From IMG/VR virus record IMGVR_UViG_3300032038_000016, positions 32,001 to 96,000 of that record: 64,000 nucleotides of DNA. One strand, 5' to 3'. Positions 27,635-37,913 of this stretch are shown here, piece after piece (position 1 is the first letter of the stretch; each line of letters starts with the position of its first letter). This DNA comes from a virus. Taxonomy: Duplodnaviria; Caudoviricetes. Below the pieces are notes generated by a model that saw only the letters and a program-made list of their open reading frames with translations, searched no databases and was not told the origin of the DNA. Position numbers and translations under genes: made by a program.

Positions 27635-28735
27635 ATGAATTATTTGGACATACTTGATTGCCAAACATACGTTTCTGAAGCTGACGTATACATCTCACAA
27701 ATTGAATTGTTACAGAAGCAACTCATCATGGAGCAAGAAACTTCTGATGAAGAGTCTAAACCCCAGAACAGTGATAACCAATCAACAGACATTGGAACAG
27801 CTCCAGATCCAGTTAGTAAATGGCAACAATTTGTCAATTGGATTACTCGTTTGATTATGAAATTACGAACCTTCTTTTTGAGTAAAAAGGTTGAAAAGAG
27901 AATTGGTAAACTTAAAGATGCTCATAGATATTTATCAGACAATGATAAAGACACATATACTGTTCCAGCATATGTAGAGGTGTATTGGAAAGCTGTTAGT
28001 GAAATAATATGGTTGGATGAATTTAGTGTATCAAAGGGAAAAGAATATCAAAAGCATGCAGCTAAAGTCGAAAAAGATATGGCTTTTGTAAAAAAATACA
28101 GCAGTATTCTCACAGGAGAAAACGATAAGACAATTAATATTAATAAACGACAATTCGCACTTGCGCTTACGAATATTGAAAAATTATTCAATAATGCTAA
28201 GGAATATATCAGTAAAGCAAATTCTTCTATTAAATCATTAAAAGGGTCATTATCTGAAGAAGATCGCAAAAGTCCAGCATTTCAGCAATATGTAAATTGC
28301 TTAACAAAAGGCATCCAAATGTATTTCTATTATATGAAATTCATTAATAAAACATTACTTTGGATCATGGACGATGAAAATATTTTCACAGCAACTCTTG
28401 ATGGAAAATATTCACATGATGCAGGTGGTGGAATCTCTGGACTGTATGACGCTGTTGCAATCTCTGCGATTAAAGCGAAAATCTCTCGTGAACAGGTCAA
28501 ATCATACAAAACAATTTATGTGTTCTTGAAGGATAATGACATGCTTGTTGCATTTTCAAATGCAAAAGATGCAAATGATACCGACAATATGAAAGTTGTT
28601 AATTTAACACTTGCCTCTCATTATGATTATAACACATTACCGGATCAGGCAATTAAGCAATTGAAAAACCGTGATATTTTTGCTCTTGATAGTGATAAAG
28701 ATCGAGAGAAAATTATTAGCAGAATGCCGAAATAA
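27635..28735 (+). CDS. putative internal head protein, shared-leader family (paralog of 25292-26395)
   Basis: VSEADVYISQIELLQKQLIME|QE; VSKWQQFVNWITR; LSEEDRKSPAFQQYV. Confidence 0.65.
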   Translation: MNYLDILDCQTYVSEADVYISQIELLQKQLIMEQETSDEESKPQNSDNQSTDIGTAPDPVSKWQQFVNWITRLIMKLRTFFLSKKVEKRIGKLKDAHRYLSDNDKDTYTVPAYVEVYWKAVSEIIWLDEFSVSKGKEYQKHAAKVEKDMAFVKKYSSILTGENDKTININKRQFALALTNIEKLFNNAKEYISKANSSIKSLKGSLSEEDRKSPAFQQYVNCLTKGIQMYFYYMKFINKTLLWIMDDENIFTATLDGKYSHDAGGGISGLYDAVAISAIKAKISREQVKSYKTIYVFLKDNDMLVAFSNAKDANDTDNMKVVNLTLASHYDYNTLPDQAIKQLKNRDIFALDSDKDREKIISRMPK

Positions 28736-28757
28736 CATAGAACAGGAGTTGATTAAG

Positions 28758-29600
28758 ATGAAATCTACTCAAACTGGTGCAACAAAATACAACACGGCTT
28801 GTTTTATTCAAGAAGCACCACAATCATCAGAAATGAGCCATAATGGTTTTGAAGTGAAGAAGTCATCAACAGGACAACCTTTCTGTATCTTCGAAGCAAC
28901 ACTTCAAACATTCAATTGTTACAATAGAATGGGTCGTCGTTATGATGCTCAAAATGTATGCTCTGTGATTGATAACGATGAGCGTATTCAAACATTATTA
29001 AGGCAGAATAAATGGAGAGGAGAATTAAATCATCCCAATCCAGATATCAAGGGTCAACAATATTCCGATATTCGTATGACCATTCCAGAACCGTTAAACT
29101 CTTCGCACTTTATTTCTCACAACCGTCTCGAAGGAGATAAGTACAAAGGAAGAATCACAACACATCCCGGCACAAAAGCCGGTATTTGTGCATCATCCGA
29201 AGTAATCGATTTGGGAATTGTTCCATCATTCTCCGTTCGTTTATTGGGCAATATGATTCCGGGTGCTCCTCATAATCAACCCAACATGAGAGTGACAAAA
29301 GTCATCACATGGGATATGGTAGACTTCCCATCCCATCGTGGTGCAGATGCAGATATTGATGCAAAGATCATGGAATCCGCAGATGTGTTTTTCTTAAAAG
29401 AATTGGCAAATTATTGTGCTGAAGAATCGGAAACATTGTCAGTTGTTTGTGAGTCATTCCAGATTTCTCCAGATGAAATTACAGGAATTAAGAATGGTAA
29501 TATTGTGGTTGAACAAGTAGATTCTTCTAAGATATTCATTCCTCTCCCTAATGATATTCGTAGAGAAGCAATGTCTATTTTGAGAGAAAGGAATTGGTAA
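28758..29600 (+). CDS. prohead core protease (T4 gp21-like)
   Basis: NRMGRRY, GELNHP, SSHFI, PSFSVRLLG, ITWDMVDFPSH motifs; ATG at 28758 after AGGAG. Confidence 0.85.
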   Translation: MKSTQTGATKYNTACFIQEAPQSSEMSHNGFEVKKSSTGQPFCIFEATLQTFNCYNRMGRRYDAQNVCSVIDNDERIQTLLRQNKWRGELNHPNPDIKGQQYSDIRMTIPEPLNSSHFISHNRLEGDKYKGRITTHPGTKAGICASSEVIDLGIVPSFSVRLLGNMIPGAPHNQPNMRVTKVITWDMVDFPSHRGADADIDAKIMESADVFFLKELANYCAEESETLSVVCESFQISPDEITGIKNGNIVVEQVDSSKIFIPLPNDIRREAMSILRERNW

Positions 29601-29603
29601 TTT

Positions 29604-32462
29604 ATGAAGAAGATTGAGTTTAAAGTTGATCCAGTATACTTTGAGAATATTGAAAAAGCGATTACTTCATTAAACGATTTCTTCAAATCCAATTTTAAAC
29701 AAAAGAATTTTCCCATTGATGATGACGATGATGATATGGAGCTTGAACCTTGTTTGAGCTCCATCATTCGTTGGATTAATTATGTTGATCCATCATGGAT
29801 TGATAATACTTCCAAAATGGAAGAAACGTTAGACAATATCCACGATCGTGCCGGAAAAATGGGAAAGTATGATGATTCATTTGCGGATGGATCTGATCGT
29901 GATACAGATGAAGATGCAAATATCAATGATTTAAATGCATATATTGGATTCCAAGTATTGCAATATATTACAAAGAATCAAAAAGAATTTGGTAGTTTAC
30001 TGGAAGGAATTCATACATTGGAATTATTCTTCAATCCATCAAAATACAAAGACGCATTGAATACATTTACACAACCAATTGAATTATCCGATGTTGCTGA
30101 TTCATTGGGTGATGATGTATATACAGTATTCGATATCAAAACATATGTCAATGGTATTTTCCATTCTTCGGAAATTGAAATTCCATCTGGGATGAATCAA
30201 CAGAAGGAAATACAACGTATTGAAAATCGTATTGATATTCCGGATTATGAAATTATTACAACAGATGAAGATGATGAGACATACCAAGAACAAGCAGAAA
30301 TTAATTTCTTCTCCATGGTAAATCCAAACCATATTCGATATCATCAGAATCGTTTCCAACCTTCGCAACAATTTGTGAAAGTCATTAAGCAATTAATTAC
30401 TGGATTACGGAAATGCAATACACCGGAAGATGTTCGTAATTATTTGAATGACAAAAATAATCACGTGAATCCGGATGATTATACATCAATGGTATTACCA
30501 TCGATCTTAGCACGTGTATTTGCTGATAAGAAAATGTTTGAGAATCGATTGTTTGATGAAAAGAATCTGAAGAAGTATACAGACTCATATGATTCAATTA
30601 TGAAACAGAATGACGGAGCAAAACGTTTTAAAGATTATGATTTATTATCCACTTTCAAATCAGATAAAGATGGAACGATTCAATTCTTGGAAGACTTTCT
30701 TTCATTACGATTGGTTTCTGATCAAAATGCTGCAATTACGAATCATACATTGTTGGTGATTTTCAATATCTTCGATTCTCGAATCTATTTGGATATTCTG
30801 TATAATATATTACCCCAATCCGAAAAGAAGGGTGAATATGAAACTGAAGATGGTTTTGTAAAAGCTGTTCGTGCAAGAATCAATGAGAATTCTAAGAAAG
30901 CAACGCCATATTCTAATGATAAACCAATTGATCAAGCAGCTGATAAAACCGTCAAGACATCACAAGAAATCACGGAATACGTTTCATTATTATTCAAATC
31001 TATGGGTGATATTTCATTGGAAGAACTTCCATATTATGAAAACTTAATCACAGAAGCTGTACATATGGAGATTAACACAATTGGTGATAAAGCATATAAT
31101 GTTGGAGTATCTGAATCTGATATTGAACATTATATCGGTGAAGCAGCATTAGCTCCTTATAAGAAAAAGAATTTTGCCATCTCAGGAAAAGTCCCCACAT
31201 ATATGCAAGATCGTATTGATGGATATGGTGATGACAAGCCACAAACATCTGTTGAGGATGTGGATTTGCCAGAGGGAGTTCCCACAAATGATATTGGTGA
31301 CTTAATTGATTCTATTGATGAACGTGTGGATACTGTCGAAGATAATGAAGAAAAAGATCCAGATTTGTCATATGGATTTGGTAATGATGCTGATGTAACA
31401 CCAACCGATTCTAATGATAAGAAACAAGATGGACATGTTGTTTACAACATCACATACAACTATCACAATTCCAACAATACAACGACAACAACAGACTCAC
31501 ATAATACGACAACCACAACAAGAACAACGAGAGATTCTCATGATAAACATGATTCCCATAATATCCATGCAAGATACGATAATGATTTTTCTGTTAATAA
31601 AACATCTGGTGGAGAAGCAAAGAACACTTATAATCCACAAAAGAAGACCAAAGCTAAAGTAAGGTCAAACAATTATAATAATGACACATCTTCCTTGAAT
31701 ACCAAGGATGATACTAGAGATACACCAGAATCAGATACCAACTTTTCCACCGGTAAATCTGTTCAAGAAGTATTTGCTATGTTACAATCCAAAGAGCCCC
31801 TATTTAATGAGGGTGCGTCAGAAATTGCTGGTTCTATGATTGGTTCATTTGGTGCAGACATGGGTCTGCTACCAGATACAAATCCTGAACCGAAAGTTCC
31901 ACTTAATGTGAGACTTCAAGATGTTGATCGAAAGATGCTTGGAAAGCAAGAAGAAATGCGTAAAAATTTACAAGCAGTCGATCATACTGTGAGAGCTGCG
32001 AAGATGCCGTTTGATCGCGCAAAAGCTTGGATCACAGATATGGTTGATGGTTTGATCAAACGTGACGAAGACAAAGTAAAATATGAATTATTAGAAGATA
32101 AGAATTATCGTACTGCTGTCAAGAAAGCATTCCGTATTGCATGTGATCTTGGGTTATATTCTGCAGCATTCATGATATCCCCATTTATCGGATGTCTTGC
32201 AATCGGCAATGGTGCAATCCGTTATGGAGATAGAACCCGTATGAAGAAAGAAATACAGAATGAATTTGTTACGGAGATTCAAATCCTCGACAAAAAAATT
32301 AGTAAAGCAAGAGCAGATCATAAAGACAAAGAAATGTACGAATTGATGCGTATTCGCCAAAAGATGGTTGAGAAAGCTGCGAATATCACCAAGGATCCTA
32401 TTGCAAAAGTAAAACAAGTTAACAATATTCAGACGAATGGTTATGCATGGGATTATGATTAA
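29604..32462 (+). CDS. large head-associated protein
   Basis: Lies between protease and capsid genes; several x-x-E|A/G/Q sites; C-terminal hydrophobic segment and coiled coil. Confidence 0.55.
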   Translation: MKKIEFKVDPVYFENIEKAITSLNDFFKSNFKQKNFPIDDDDDDMELEPCLSSIIRWINYVDPSWIDNTSKMEETLDNIHDRAGKMGKYDDSFADGSDRDTDEDANINDLNAYIGFQVLQYITKNQKEFGSLLEGIHTLELFFNPSKYKDALNTFTQPIELSDVADSLGDDVYTVFDIKTYVNGIFHSSEIEIPSGMNQQKEIQRIENRIDIPDYEIITTDEDDETYQEQAEINFFSMVNPNHIRYHQNRFQPSQQFVKVIKQLITGLRKCNTPEDVRNYLNDKNNHVNPDDYTSMVLPSILARVFADKKMFENRLFDEKNLKKYTDSYDSIMKQNDGAKRFKDYDLLSTFKSDKDGTIQFLEDFLSLRLVSDQNAAITNHTLLVIFNIFDSRIYLDILYNILPQSEKKGEYETEDGFVKAVRARINENSKKATPYSNDKPIDQAADKTVKTSQEITEYVSLLFKSMGDISLEELPYYENLITEAVHMEINTIGDKAYNVGVSESDIEHYIGEAALAPYKKKNFAISGKVPTYMQDRIDGYGDDKPQTSVEDVDLPEGVPTNDIGDLIDSIDERVDTVEDNEEKDPDLSYGFGNDADVTPTDSNDKKQDGHVVYNITYNYHNSNNTTTTTDSHNTTTTTRTTRDSHDKHDSHNIHARYDNDFSVNKTSGGEAKNTYNPQKKTKAKVRSNNYNNDTSSLNTKDDTRDTPESDTNFSTGKSVQEVFAMLQSKEPLFNEGASEIAGSMIGSFGADMGLLPDTNPEPKVPLNVRLQDVDRKMLGKQEEMRKNLQAVDHTVRAAKMPFDRAKAWITDMVDGLIKRDEDKVKYELLEDKNYRTAVKKAFRIACDLGLYSAAFMISPFIGCLAIGNGAIRYGDRTRMKKEIQNEFVTEIQILDKKISKARADHKDKEMYELMRIRQKMVEKAANITKDPIAKVKQVNNIQTNGYAWDYD

Positions 32463-32473
32463 CGAACACGGAG

Positions 32474-33094
32474 GTGATCAATCAAGTGGATAATAATCTA
32501 TTTCTAATGGTTATGGAAGCAGGTGGTACAACACCAACACCAGAACCAGCTCCATTTGATGCCGGTGCTGACGCTGGAGCATCACCTTTTGATGCCGGAC
32601 CGCCTCCTGATATTGGAGAACCCCCACCATTGGACTTGAATGACGATGGTATGGGTGGTGATATGTCGGATCTAGGTATGGGTGATGGTACTGGTGGTGA
32701 CGGCACAGGTGATGGATCCGGTGATCAAGATCAACAAGAAGAAGGCACACAAAACGGTGGAGAAAAATTATCTGAAAAAGCAAATAGTATCTTGAATCAG
32801 AGACTATATCAACAGATGATGGATCGAAACCAAGAGATCGAAGACATCATGGAATCGATCAACAGAATTGTCCCATTATTATCTTATGAGACAATTAAAG
32901 CGAATGATCAGAATATGAATCGCTTAAAGAATGCACATGAAAAAGGTAAGAGTTATTTGATCGAGAAATTCATCGATGCAAAATATGGTGAAAATTTAAT
33001 CTTCTACCAAAAGCTTGATGCATTATACACATTGCTATTAGAGCAAATCAACAATAATCTGAAAAAGGTTAAAAATTCAAATGAAATGAATTAA
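32474..33094 (+). CDS. putative scaffold/prohead core protein
   Basis: Immediately upstream of the capsid gene; VME|AG site, acidic Gly/Asp/Pro tract, helical C-terminus. Confidence 0.45.
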   Translation: MINQVDNNLFLMVMEAGGTTPTPEPAPFDAGADAGASPFDAGPPPDIGEPPPLDLNDDGMGGDMSDLGMGDGTGGDGTGDGSGDQDQQEEGTQNGGEKLSEKANSILNQRLYQQMMDRNQEIEDIMESINRIVPLLSYETIKANDQNMNRLKNAHEKGKSYLIEKFIDAKYGENLIFYQKLDALYTLLLEQINNNLKKVKNSNEMN

Positions 33095-33123
33095 ATATAT
33101 TTAGAAAGTGAGATGTATTTGTT

Positions 33124-35331
33124 ATGGCATTTAGTCGTTCTGCCGCTTCACACGGCTCATGGTTCCAAGAACAAGCTAACATGATTAATACTGCAACTGC
33201 TTCAGAATTGGAAAGCTTGACTGATGGATTTGACCGTCGATTCCAGGATACTGTACAGACTCTGAAGAGCACCTATAATACAAACGTTATGAAGGATGCT
33301 AAGAGAATGATGGAAAATCCAGCAATTATGGAAGAATACAAGTCCATGATGCTAGATCCCATTATTCAGGAAATGCAAGAAATTGCTGACAATACTGATT
33401 CCGAAGTTGAAAAGGTTCATCTAGAGCAGGTAATGGATCAGCTCGATAAAGCTTGGGATGCATCCCAGCAGTCCTTCCTCATTCAGGAAAGCTACAACGT
33501 TTCCAACTATCTACCTCTTGCTACACTAGACTTCCCTGCACTTGTTAAGCAGTATATCAGATTCCTTGGTAAGGAACTCATTCCTGTACAGACTGCTTCT
33601 TCTACCAATATTGAACAGCGTATCTTCGTAAAGTATCTCGTTGATAATAATACTGGTGAAGAGTATGAAACACCTGCAATCTTCTTCCAAGAAGATCCTG
33701 ATAATCCTGGTAAGAAGCTTTGGAAGAAGCTTTGGAATGCAGGTAAGGGTTATCGTATTAATGATACCGAACCGATCATGATGACAGAATTCCAGACTGC
33801 TCCTAACAAGAAGCTGGATATGTTTACAAAGCTTCTTGATGATAATGGTAAGCCTATGACTCTTGATAGAGCAACTAACATGAGAGCTCGTCTGTCTTAT
33901 GATTTCAATATTCAGTATGTTCAGATTGCTGCTAAGCCTGAATCTACGACTACTACTTATGTGGCAACTTCTCTAACTACTGCACCAACTGGTTGGCCTA
34001 CTGGTTATTACACCGATGCAACTGGTACAACTGCAGCTCCTAATACATTCGCTGCTGGTACTTATTACAAGAAGAATGTTACCACAATTCCTGCAAGAGG
34101 TGCTAAGAAGGTAAAGCTTCCTGGTGCTGGTATTGCAATTGATATCCAGTCTGGTGGTACATTCCTGAATGGTGGTATTACCGAGAGCATGAAGCTTGCT
34201 GTTGTTGGTGCTGATGCTACCGATGCTAAGACATTCAACATTCCTACTGGTGAAGTTGTTACTGGTGTTTCCGATAGACTTTCTGGTATTGTTGATTTCG
34301 TCAAGGGTACTGTAACCGCATCTTCTTGTGGTGAAATCGAAGGTATCTACATCAATGGTAGAATGTCTAATGAAACCAACATGAGAACAATCGGTTTCCG
34401 TGAGTATCCGGAAATTCGTAAGTTCTTGATCAGTGATGGTTGCAGATTCCAGCTTCCGTTCACAGTTGAAGACTTTGCTGAAGCTAACGCTTCTCTGAAC
34501 TTCAACCTCTATAACAGACTGGTTCAGGAACTTGTTACTGCACAAGAAATGTTTGAAGATGAATCCATTCTGGAATTCCTTGATGAAGAATTCGACAAGT
34601 ATGATGGTTATGATTCTGATGTATTTGCATTGGATTCTTATACTCATACTGAATATGTTGACCTTGATCCTTGCTCCATCTCTAAGAACTTTGCAGGTGA
34701 TCCTTGGGAATACAGAACCAATGCAATTCATAATGCAATTGCTTCTTTGATCTATGAGCTTTGTGATCGTGGTAAGCTGGAGAACCTTGGCTTTGTTATT
34801 TATGCAAACCCGAAGGCTACCCGTCTCCTCAGTAAGTTTGTGACATGGACTGTTTCTAAGAGCACAGAAATCGGTGGTGTTCAGATGAACCATGCATTCG
34901 GTGTTGTAACTGATACTGAAATTCCGATTCGTGTTGTTGCTTCTAACAGAGTTCCTGCATATACAACCATTCCTGCATCTATGATTCCTACTTATGCAGC
35001 AATGGAAGATCTGACAGATGAAGATGTATCTCGCGAATACTTCTTCCATATTGTTGCTTATCCGATGGATAAGTTCCATATCTCCTACAAGCATCTCAGA
35101 TTTGCTCGTCACTTGACCAACTCTCCTGAGAATGCTGGTTATGCAGATATCCACAATCCTGGTGGTCAGGCTGTACTCGTAACAACTTCTTCTCAGTATA
35201 AGACTATCGCAATCCAGGGTATTCAGGGTAGAGTTATTTGTAAGAACTCCCAGCTCGTTCCGGATGCTATGGCTGGTCTGGTTACTACTACAACTGCAGA
35301 TACTACTACAGATCCCACTACAAATCCATGA
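33124..35331 (+). CDS. major capsid protein (gp23-like HK97 fold)
   Basis: Propeptide ending FLIQE|S; LDFPALVKQY..ELIPVQT and FTVEDFAEANA..ELVTAQEMFEDESILEFL resemble gp23 motifs; strong high-expression codon bias; follows the protease gene. Confidence 0.8.
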   Translation: MAFSRSAASHGSWFQEQANMINTATASELESLTDGFDRRFQDTVQTLKSTYNTNVMKDAKRMMENPAIMEEYKSMMLDPIIQEMQEIADNTDSEVEKVHLEQVMDQLDKAWDASQQSFLIQESYNVSNYLPLATLDFPALVKQYIRFLGKELIPVQTASSTNIEQRIFVKYLVDNNTGEEYETPAIFFQEDPDNPGKKLWKKLWNAGKGYRINDTEPIMMTEFQTAPNKKLDMFTKLLDDNGKPMTLDRATNMRARLSYDFNIQYVQIAAKPESTTTTYVATSLTTAPTGWPTGYYTDATGTTAAPNTFAAGTYYKKNVTTIPARGAKKVKLPGAGIAIDIQSGGTFLNGGITESMKLAVVGADATDAKTFNIPTGEVVTGVSDRLSGIVDFVKGTVTASSCGEIEGIYINGRMSNETNMRTIGFREYPEIRKFLISDGCRFQLPFTVEDFAEANASLNFNLYNRLVQELVTAQEMFEDESILEFLDEEFDKYDGYDSDVFALDSYTHTEYVDLDPCSISKNFAGDPWEYRTNAIHNAIASLIYELCDRGKLENLGFVIYANPKATRLLSKFVTWTVSKSTEIGGVQMNHAFGVVTDTEIPIRVVASNRVPAYTTIPASMIPTYAAMEDLTDEDVSREYFFHIVAYPMDKFHISYKHLRFARHLTNSPENAGYADIHNPGGQAVLVTTSSQYKTIAIQGIQGRVICKNSQLVPDAMAGLVTTTTADTTTDPTTNP

Positions 35332-35365
35332 TGGATTAATATTCCTCCATATTTTAATAATGTAT

Positions 35366-35395
35366 TTGATTGCGGGGGATATCCCCCGCAATCAA
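35366..35395. terminator. perfect palindrome, bidirectional terminator after the capsid gene
   Basis: TTGATTGCGGGGG-ATAT-CCCCCGCAATCAA. Confidence 0.75.
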
Positions 35396-35399
35396 TACT

Positions 35400-35873
35400 T
35401 TAATTATTTCGAATAAAAGATTCAATCACACTTAATGTTTTCTTCACAATATACGTGACATCGATATCTGGATATGTTTCTGCTGTTTTACTTGCGATAT
35501 TAATGACAGAATCTCTACGAGATATTTTCATATCTGATGATAATAGAATTTCAATAGATATTAAATCATTAATGGTTGCTTCGATCTGAGCTGCTTGTGT
35601 TGGATCTGGTAAATGTTTCTGTTGATGGTGGCTGTTATAATCAGTTATCAATATCTCAAAACCTTCGTGTAACTGCTTAGTTTCCTTGACAATATCAGAT
35701 GATTGATCATACATTCGATCAAATAATCGATGAATACGATACATGATTAATGAATGTTGTGTGTATAATTCAAACATTTTACGAATGTGATGAATCGTGA
35801 TGATATTAAAAATAAGCATAATGATGATTCCAATCATAATCAAAATGGAATTTGTGTCAAATGTAATTTGCAT
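35400..35873 (-). CDS. membrane-anchored hypothetical protein
   Basis: N-terminal hydrophobic helix ILIMIGIIIMLIFNIITI; AAAGGAG RBS. Confidence 0.65.
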   Translation of the reverse strand: MQITFDTNSILIMIGIIIMLIFNIITIHHIRKMFELYTQHSLIMYRIHRLFDRMYDQSSDIVKETKQLHEGFEILITDYNSHHQQKHLPDPTQAAQIEATINDLISIEILLSSDMKISRRDSVINIASKTAETYPDIDVTYIVKKTLSVIESFIRNN

Positions 35874-35961
35874 AAAAATCTCTCCTTTAATAAAAATATG
35901 GGTAGTTATCGATTACGTTGCAAATTAAAAGTAATTGATGAAGAAATAATTAGTTAAGGCG

Positions 35962-37353
35962 GTGGTCAATTTGGAAAATATGACAACAGTTCTCGTTAAG
36001 CAAGCACTTCATTCGTGTGACGGTAATCTATTGAAAGATGTTGTGAACATCGAACATCCTCGTGAGAATTATAAGAATTATATAATTCATGAATATGCTG
36101 GTGATGTTCCGAGATTATGCGGAAATGAACGTTCAATTGAATTATTACTTCCACGAGACATGAGTGTTGTAATGGAAAATGCAGTCGTGGATGCGATTGA
36201 ATCTGGTACATTGTTTGACGATAAAAAAGATATTGATAATACGGTGAAGTATATTCACATGACACATCTACCACATACTGGGATGATGCATTTGAATTTA
36301 CCAGAACCACATGAAACAATTCATGCAATTGGTACGGTAGTTGGTGCGATGGGACCGGATGGTCATTTTGGTCATGCTGATTCTGACATTAAGAATGGTG
36401 CAAATTACGCACGTGATTTGACGGATCATTATAATGACAAAGATTCAAGTATTTCTGATTTGACGAAAGACTACTTGAATGTCAAGGATAAGAATGATGA
36501 AGACAGCATTCCAAAAGACATGAAATATTCATTGTCAAAAGTTCATGATGAATTAGATGATGTCAAAAAGGTAAAACCAGAAGACACTGTCGATGAAGAT
36601 GATTATGAAGAAATCGGTTTAGATCATGAAGAAGATGATGATTACGACGATGATGAAGAAGACGACGACGAATGTGAAGAATGTGATGATGACGAATGTG
36701 ATGATGATGAAGACGATGAAAAAGATTCTGAATCAGATGAAGACGATGAAGATGATGACGAAGACGACGAAGAAGATTCTGATGATGAAGATGACGAAGA
36801 TGACGATGTAGATTTCAAAGATGAAGGTGCGATTGAAAATTATATCGCAAAGAAAATCGTGAAGAAAGCAGTTAAGAAAACAATCAAAAAAGGTACAAAG
36901 AAAGCTGTTAAGAAAGGTGCTAAAAAATCAATTAAGAAAGCAAGACGCCGTCATCATGAAAAAAATAATGATGATAAATATGGCTCAGCATATCATGAAT
37001 ATGCAATGTATCAAGAGACTGGTGCAATGCTGATTAAACCAAAGAAGCTAAAACCAATTCCTCGAGATGTGGTGGCATACATAATTACCAGAACGAATGA
37101 AATTCGAGATAGTAATGATCAAGCGATGTTATCTGGATATACTTGTTCTAAATTAGAATTAGTTGATTTCTATTTAAACTGTATTGATACTCATGACTAT
37201 CGATACATCGTTCCCCATAATAGGCAATACCTTGTTCAAATGCAGAATGATTTGAATCGTTGTTTACAACAAATTCTTCGTGTGAAACCTGTCAATCGTT
37301 TGGATCGTGTTTGGCGATTGAATGTAACTTATCCAGAAGGGTTTGGTGGTTAA
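35962..37353 (+). CDS. putative head protein with long Asp/Glu tract and Lys-rich tract
   Basis: Roughly 75-residue D/E stretch, KKAVKKTIKKGTKK.. segment, MYQE|TG site before the C-terminal domain. Confidence 0.6.
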   Translation: MVNLENMTTVLVKQALHSCDGNLLKDVVNIEHPRENYKNYIIHEYAGDVPRLCGNERSIELLLPRDMSVVMENAVVDAIESGTLFDDKKDIDNTVKYIHMTHLPHTGMMHLNLPEPHETIHAIGTVVGAMGPDGHFGHADSDIKNGANYARDLTDHYNDKDSSISDLTKDYLNVKDKNDEDSIPKDMKYSLSKVHDELDDVKKVKPEDTVDEDDYEEIGLDHEEDDDYDDDEEDDDECEECDDDECDDDEDDEKDSESDEDDEDDDEDDEEDSDDEDDEDDDVDFKDEGAIENYIAKKIVKKAVKKTIKKGTKKAVKKGAKKSIKKARRRHHEKNNDDKYGSAYHEYAMYQETGAMLIKPKKLKPIPRDVVAYIITRTNEIRDSNDQAMLSGYTCSKLELVDFYLNCIDTHDYRYIVPHNRQYLVQMQNDLNRCLQQILRVKPVNRLDRVWRLNVTYPEGFGG

Positions 37354-37354
37354 T

Positions 37355-37906
37355 ATGTCAGAAATTAAAGATTACATATTAAAACAGAAGGACTTGTTTA
37401 CAGATGTTCAGAAAACAAAAACTAATGGATTAGCATCTTCATCTCGTATTGGAAAGCATTCCATATTGAATTATCCAAAACTTGTTGAGGACATGATTAA
37501 ATATCTTGCGGGATTTAAAGATTACAAAATGAAGAGTGAGAAGTCATTCAAGCACAAAGTTTTGAGTTCTACCTATTCATTTTATAACGACATGTTTACA
37601 TTGGACAAATATCGGAAAACAATTTCATTATCTGAATTTTCAGAATTAAATTACAAATTCATTGAGAAGACAAAAGAATTGCAATCTGTTCTTTCAGATC
37701 TGTCTAAGAGTGTTGATAATGAGGTTCGAAATATTGTAGAGGTTTCCGAAAAGCAATATAAAAAAATTGGTAAAGTAAATCGTGATGATATGCTAACATA
37801 CATGTGGTTGGTTGGTAATGTTCCAATTAGCCAACAATTAAAAGCATATTATAATGATCCACAAACACCAGTTATGCATAAAGCAAATACAAAAATTAAG
37901 GAGTGA
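37355..37906 (+). CDS. hypothetical protein
   Basis: ORF coupled within the operon. Confidence 0.65.
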   Translation: MSEIKDYILKQKDLFTDVQKTKTNGLASSSRIGKHSILNYPKLVEDMIKYLAGFKDYKMKSEKSFKHKVLSSTYSFYNDMFTLDKYRKTISLSEFSELNYKFIEKTKELQSVLSDLSKSVDNEVRNIVEVSEKQYKKIGKVNRDDMLTYMWLVGNVPISQQLKAYYNDPQTPVMHKANTKIKE

Positions 37907-37913
37907 TTGTATT

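Noticed and set aside
33050-33061. AACA-N6-TG upstream of the capsid gene
   Set aside because: Too degenerate in AT-rich DNA and inside a coding region.
33973-35391. 472-aa antisense ORF over the capsid gene
   Set aside because: Expected shadow of strong codon bias on the sense strand; no RBS or motif.
35400-35873. Holin call
   Set aside because: Only one TM helix and no adjacent endolysin.
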